Shown: positions 58,901 through 64,000 of the stretch, piece by piece
Numbering within the stretch: the stretch's first letter is position 1
How the letters are laid out: each line of letters begins with the position of its first letter
Origin: Hyphochytrium catenoides
Lineage: Eukaryota; Protista; Hyphochytriomycota
Reading direction: 5' to 3'
NCBI GenBank assembly: GCA_900088475.1
Contig: FLMG01003832.1
Span: 14,354-78,353 of the forward strand
DNA: 64,000 bases
The notes under the pieces: generated by a model
The model's database searches: none
Seen by the model: only the letters and a program-made list of their open reading frames with translations
Told to the model about the DNA's origin: nothing
Made by a program: the position numbers and the translations under genes

Positions 58901-60515
58901 GAAAGAAACTTCAATCAACATTGAAGTCGTCTTGGAGCGTCAAGAAGACACAAAAATTCTCACTCAAGCTGGCATCAAGGACTATTACTGGCGAGAATAT
59001 TTTAGTACCCCGTTAAACAATGAGCGGTCCCACGCTGAAGAAACCAGCAACACTACTAGTGAAGAGGGCGGGGCTGGCCTGGGACAGGTTGAGGCCAGAC
59101 TCTACAATTTCTATGGCATTGGGACCGGAAAGCACCTTGACCGTGCTAGTTTGATGTCGTTGGCTCCAGATGTGTAAGAGCTATCAATAAATCTGGCTGC
59201 TTATAGGAGTAAAGGTGAGAAGATCTTTAATCAAGTGTATGTCTCCTCGCTGGGCTCTATCGCTAAAAGCTGATCACCCGTTATCGTTCTTCTCTTTCGT
59301 CCTTTTGCGTGCGTCTGTCTTCCTTTAAGGTATTAAGGGGCGGGAAGATCGAGCATCCATTTTCAGGCCAGCTCAACAAATGTCCCAGGCGGACAAAGAA
59401 GAAGCCCAACGGAAGAGAGGAGAGAAGCAGAACAAGCGCAGAAAAAGTGGGGTTGGCGATTCTCTCAACCTTAACATCAGGGACAGAATCCGGTAGGATC
59501 ATCATTGCCATATACTCTTTAAGTTTTTTATTTTACTCTTGTTGTTTAATGGATATAACCTGTCGTACCTGGGTCATAGAAGAAGCGCAACGACATCAGC
59601 ACCGACACGAAGTGAGAGCGCTATGGACGAAGAGGGCGAGACAGGTTGTTCAGACCTTTTTGACGGCAGCTATCAAAGTGGCGACGGAGATAATGAGTCC
59701 GTATCCCTTTCTGACCTTGTCCTAACCGCAGAAGAGTTTGATGCTATGGTAGGTCTTATCTTTCTGACTTCGTTGATAGTTAGATGTTAAATTCATTAGT
59801 TGATCTATCCTTCTTGGCAGCTGAAGGAAGCCGAAGATTTAGAACTAGACGAAGGGGATGACTATTACTACGACAATGAGCTTCAAGAAGGTAACGCAGC
59901 AGCACCCAAAGAAGGCTCCTCATCAGTGAGGCCGGATAACGACGAGGTGAGCCCTTGCGTCATGTTTATGAAGCCTTTTTACCCTATAGTGTCTGACCAT
60001 CGGAAGTTATTGTATGGATGCTTTAGACAATAAGCCAGTATTATCGCGTGGGGCTCTATCGGAAGCCTGTTCGCAAAGGAAGCAAACGCTTCACAACAGA
60101 ACAAGTCTCTTTTCTATTATCCCAGTACGACGCTCATGGATCTCGCGTCAATGAGCGTCAGGCGCATGAGAGGATGGCTCAGCTCTTCACAATCGAAAAT
60201 GGTAAGCAATCCTTACTGCTCACTGAGGCCCAGATCAAGTCTTGGTTCTCCGCCGAGACTGCCCGGAGGAAAAAGAAGCCCACCGCTGCCGTAGGAGGTG
60301 AAGGTCAATATGGGCATACTGAGAGCTCATTGGAAAGGGACCGACTTCCCGATGTGAATGTGCTCGAAGGTGAGACACAACCTGACGAAGTTGATCCTAA
60401 AATAAATCAAAAGCGCCAGCCTGTGGTGGACAAACCCAGTGCACGGAGACCACCTTTGTGCAAGAAGTGTCGCGCTCCAATGAAGGGTCACAGGCATGGA
60501 TGTGAGCCTGCTTAG
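55901..60515 (+). CDS. Spliced Sola3-like DDD transposase (~1,290 aa) with one in-frame TAA at 59175
   Basis: Phase-consistent exons: 55901-56063, 56150-56236 (or 56242), 56307-56356, 56404-57986, 58097-58455, 58528-59214, 59330-59492, 59580-59748, 59821-59946, 60027-60515. Core motifs: AHQAR, VVIIDHKMKWLPRWHRETQAQYFGKSGI (D at 58344), HQDW, IIQSDGAGNY (D at 58671), ITEAGGGKDRVD (D at 58782/58791), NSGHDL. Cys/His motifs: CLCNQC, CLRHGLS...CDHEH. C-terminus: RFTTEQVSFL...LTEAQIKSWFS and CKKC...H...C. The 5' exons are less certain than the core. Confidence 0.85.
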
Positions 60516-60696
60516 CGGGAAAGACTTCCTAGCTCATTGTAATATTCAATAAGCACTAGGGTTGTGATAAACCGAAAAGGAGATTATTTGCCCCAACGTC
60601 TTCCATCCTTTGTTATTTTTGAACGACTGGAGGTAAGCTTAGAGACTCAATAAGCCCAAGCAAGTCAAACAAGGCATATTTATCACCCGGTTGTTA

Positions 60697-61902
60697 TCAA
60701 TAAGATTGACTTTCTTCTACTCCAGGAGAAGCTTTGGCTCTTAGATATGACGCCAGTATTTTGAACTCCCGTTGTAGGGAGCTCACTCCATGACAGATTG
60801 TCTTTACTTCCGCAAGCATGAGCGTTTGGAATTCGGTCATGGTATCGGACTTGATGACAGGTCCTGATGGTCGGGAAGTCTTAGCCTCGCCCAAATGCTC
60901 TTGTCTTCCTCGCCTCCGCGATCGGTCACAGTTCGTCACCATCCTCTCCAGATCAGTATCATCGCCACTGCAGTAGATTTGCATTAGACGTCTCAAGCTG
61001 CTAGATAACCCGGTACTACCATTAGACTGAGCAAGAGAGTCGTTAGCATTCATTGTTTAAGTATGCGGAGTTGGTATAACCACTCAATACCTTGTATTCC
61101 TTGGACAGATAAGCCCATTTGTTCTTGATAGACTTGACATCCCTGTCCACTTTCGCCCTCTTGCGAAGGGCTTGCTGAAAGCTCTTCCATATCTCAGCCA
61201 TCTGGAGATTGCTTAGATCTTGGCTGTCAAATACCCGCTTCCATTCCGTTCTCAGCAGGATTAGAGCTTGCGTATCCTCCTCTGACCAATTGACGCGCTG
61301 TCTAGTCTTCTTCTTTTTGGTGCCTCGTTTAGTCGGCTCTGTGCTTTGGCGTTTTCTCGTGGAAGTTGCCAGATGTGCCTACCATGACAAATAACCGTGT
61401 CAAATAGAATGGAAGTCTGCGGGTTGGCTTGAAGTGTAAGAACTCTATACCTGGTCCTCGTTTCCTACAGGACCTCCAACTGGCTCCGTTTCTAACTGAG
61501 CTAACAGGATGGGTTCAAACCGATAAGCCCGCATATGCTGGTAAGAGAGGTTGCTGCTTAGCATGACGGACTACGAATGGTTTACATACATAGATCTTGA
61601 CGTTGGGCTTCAGGCTCTCTATCAGAAGTATCTGACGAGAATGGACTTGATGGCTGAATCGCGTTATTATCTTCTGTCTCTCGTCCTGGTGGTGACTCTT
61701 TGTCGCCGCCATTTTCCTTCGGTACCTGCTTGTCTTTAGGCTTTGGTCGGGGCATGCTGAGGATAGGAGCCGGTCCGTGCGACGGTACTTGCAAGGCTAA
61801 TTATTCGCTTTTCGTTGGCAAGACAGGTGGCAGCTCAAGCAGTTCAGCAGATTGACGATAAAAGCGATCAGAGGCTTCATGCAATCGCCTTTCTGCCTCC
61901 GC
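60697..61902 (-). CDS. Transposon-borne Myb/SANT-like (trihelix) DNA-binding protein, spliced, with lesion(s); start not located
   Basis: Exon 61378-61091 (96 codons, ag..gt) reads KKKKTRQRVNWSEEDTQALILLRTEWKRVFDSQDLSNLQMAEIWKSFQQALRKRAKVDRDVKSIKNKWAYLSKEYK, with the three spaced Trp of Myb/trihelix domains. Upstream exons 61500-61451 and 61902-61590 are phase-consistent, with one in-frame TAA at 61803-61801. The downstream exon ends at 60697 with an amphipathic helix (EFQTLMLAEVKTICHGVSSLQREFKILASYL). Confidence 0.82.
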
Positions 61903-62080
61903 CTACCGCCAACAAGATCCACCGCTTTTACAAAAAGTTCCTACTGTACGATACAATCCGCTACATCACCATCGACTGGTGTACATAGGCATAGAGTGTT
62001 ACGCCTATAGCTGACTGGGAGACCCTGTGCTTCCCTATAAGACTCTACAGCAGTCCATACTCCTGTTCCGAAGCAAAATT

Positions 62081-62599
62081 CTACCCTCTCGACTGGATCA
62101 ACCATAGACATAGCGTGGTAGCGTAAAGCTGACTGGAGGTTATTGTGCTTTGATTTAGGACCCTATAGTCAAGCAAGTTCTCTTGTTTAGTCGGCCTACC
62201 CTCTCGACTGGATCAACCATAGGTATAAGGTGGTAGCGTAAGCTGACTGGAGGTTATTGTGCTTTGATATAGGACCCTATAGTCAAGCAAGTTCTCTTAT
62301 TTAGCCTGGCCTACCCTCTCGACTGGATCAACCATAGACATAGCGTGGTAGCGTAAAGCTGACTGGAGGTTATACTGCTTTGATATAGGACCCTATAGTC
62401 AAGCAAGTTCTCTTGTTTAGCCGGCCTACCCTCTCGACTGGATCAACCATAGCCATAGCGTGGTAGCGTAAAGCTGACTGGAGGTTATACAGTTTTGATA
62501 TAGGACCCTATAGTCAAGCAAGTTCTCTTGTTTGGTCGGCCTACCCTCTCGACTGGATCAACCATAGACATAGCGTGGTAACGTAAAGCTGACTGGAGG
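62081..62599. repeat. 115-bp tandem array (4.5 copies) in the right subterminal region of the transposon
   Basis: ctaccctctcgactggatcaaccatag starts at 62081, 62196, 62311, 62426 and 62541. Degenerate flanking copies lie at ~61970-62080 and ~62655-62705. Confidence 0.96.
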
Positions 62600-63032
62600 C
62601 TCTAGACTGTAACATGCTTGTTCTCCTATCGTACTGTACGACATACAGCGTGTTACATCGACTGGATAGATTATGGGGGTACACTGTAATACTGAAGCTG
62701 ACTAAAACATGACCTTGCTTACACCCTGTACCATAATGAGGTGCCACATTATCGACCCGAGTAGGATGACTCGAGTAGTGCTCGAGGAAGCAGCCCCTCT
62801 TCAGACGAAATTGAGCACGGAATTTGGAAATGAGAGAATCCCTAACGGTCAAATTCTGACCCATGGACATGGGTGGGCGAGCAATAATCACCACAAGGCT
62901 TTGCCACTCCATTAGGGATAATGACCCCGTCGAACCTCCCATATCAAAAGCTATACAAACTCTGCACACGAGATTTGGGTTCTACAAACAGTAAATGTTA
63001 GAAAGTGGGCACCAAATTACTGCAAAATTTTG

Positions 63033-63056
63033 TTCGCGTTTCTCGCGAACTCGCCC
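63033..63056 (-). repeat. Right terminal inverted repeat
   Basis: Reverse complement is GGGCGAGTTCGCGAGAAACGCGAA, followed on the + strand by TTAA. Confidence 0.92.
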
Positions 63057-63209
63057 TTAATAGAACTACTACTAGTCAGACGAAGCTGGAGAAGAAGAAG
63101 AAAAAGGATCAGGGAGACAGACATAGGAGACAATAATGATGAAGATTAGGAAAAAGAAGAAGGAAGAGTTGCCAAGAGCTACAAAGCCTTGGATTCTTCT
63201 TCTTCAGCT

Positions 63210-63890
63210 CTAGTTCCACTGTTTATGGTTCTGCATAGAGTTCCAGCTAGGCCGATATTCTTATGTTGAACCATCACCAAGTCGCTGAGGGATACGCCTA
63301 AGAAGTATCACCAAACCGTAAACAGTCTCCCTCTGCAGTTTTGGTACTAGAAGCAGGAGAAATGAAGACCGCTGCTGACCTGTATCTACGAGAGCATATA
63401 ACCTCCTGTTGAATCTCATAAGGTGAATGAGTGTCTCCCAGCCTTGAACTGTCTTCTCTCACAGTTCTCGACCAGAAAGCAGGACAAATGCGCGCTTCTT
63501 GTAGCTGCTGTCGGTCTGTATCTATGAACAAGTAGTTCTACTGTCAATGTGGAGGCTCTGCATAGAGTTCAGCTCGGTCAATATTCTATGGCGGCCATCA
63601 CACTGTTGGGGAGGGACACGCCTAAGAAGTATCACCAAACCATAAACTGTCTCCCTCGGCAGTTCTTGTAACAAAGCGGGAGAAACAAAGACGGCTGTTG
63701 GACTGAATGAGCATGGTTCTACTACTGTTAGTTTGGAGGCTTTGAAGAGTCAGATAGGCCCACAACCTCATGGTTGGACAACAAAGAGGGGATGATGAGT
63801 TCTCGCAGCCATGAACTGCCCTTGCTTTATAGACTTCACTCGTCTCTGGAGGCAGGAGAAATGAGCGCTACTTGTAGCTTTTGGTCCGTC
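63210..63890. repeat. Diverged ~324-bp tandem duplication with a third partial copy
   Basis: ctctgcatagagtt...cgcctaagaagtatcaccaaacc.taaac.gtctccctc, with agaagtatca at 63301 and 63625. Confidence 0.85.
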
Positions 63891-64000
63891 TCTAATAAGA
63901 ATAATAATATGCTAGACCAAATGTCACATGTTGAGGATCAAACTTTTCTCCCACGTTCTTTCATCTGACTCTTTGTGGTTGTTCTTTTACTTTGGTCTTA

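Larger units (their letters stand above)
55160..63056 (+). mobile_element. Full-length Sola3-like DNA transposon, 7,897 bp, TTAA TSD, 24-bp TIRs
   Basis: Left end: TTAA(55156-59) + GGGTGAGTTCACGAGAAACGTGAA. Right end: TTCGCGTTTCTCGCGAACTCGCCC + TTAA(63057-60). The TIRs match 21/24 as inverted repeats. The interior lacks the host GA microsatellites and encodes a DDD transposase. Confidence 0.9.

Noticed and set aside
59175-61803. TAA reassigned to a sense codon (two in-frame TAAs in the element)
   Set aside because: Host genes in the window (MARVEL, PLAC8) terminate normally at TAA. Decay or splicing is the simpler explanation.
62081-62599. Possible CRISPR array
   Set aside because: Whole 115-bp units repeat with no unique spacers, the context is eukaryotic, and no cas genes are present.
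55160-63056. piggyBac (because of TTAA) or PIF/Harbinger (because of the Myb gene)
   Set aside because: The ends are GGG..CCC rather than the piggyBac CCY..RGG, and the TSD is 4 bp rather than Harbinger's 3 bp. The transposase motifs (D.KMK.LP...RE.Q..YFGK.G, SD.AG.Y, E...GKD..D) fit the Sola3-like type.
1-64000. tRNA, rRNA or snRNA genes
   Set aside because: None were recognised by eye. A tRNAscan-SE/Infernal run would be needed to exclude them.

Overview
Gapped (N-containing) draft sequence from a microbial eukaryote with GT-AG introns and very dense (GA)n/(CT)n and (GAA)n microsatellites. Most ORF-track entries are low-complexity artefacts. The organism cannot be named from this window; an oomycete-CBEL-like PAN domain only hints at a stramenopile-like protist. 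Supported host genes: (1) a secreted CE4/NodB polysaccharide deacetylase with a PAN/Apple domain (1-1050, minus strand, missed by the ORF track); (2) a 6-exon ~1,880-aa gene fusing a degenerate DEDDy 3'-5' exonuclease domain to a Ycf45/SpoIIIAA-like P-loop ATPase; (3) a multi-pass membrane protein with an internally duplicated module; (4) a MARVEL + zinc-ribbon protein; (5) a PLAC8 protein; (6) a secreted alpha/beta hydrolase. The main find is a full-length 7.9-kb DNA transposon (55160-63056) with 24-bp TIRs and a TTAA target-site duplication. It encodes a spliced Sola3-like DDD transposase with an FYR-like N-terminal region and a homeodomain-like C-terminus. It also carries a second, convergent spliced gene encoding a Myb/SANT (trihelix) protein, and a 115-bp subterminal tandem array. 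This two-component layout is established for PIF/Harbinger elements; I do not know of it being described for Sola. All family assignments are by manual motif recognition; no searches were run.
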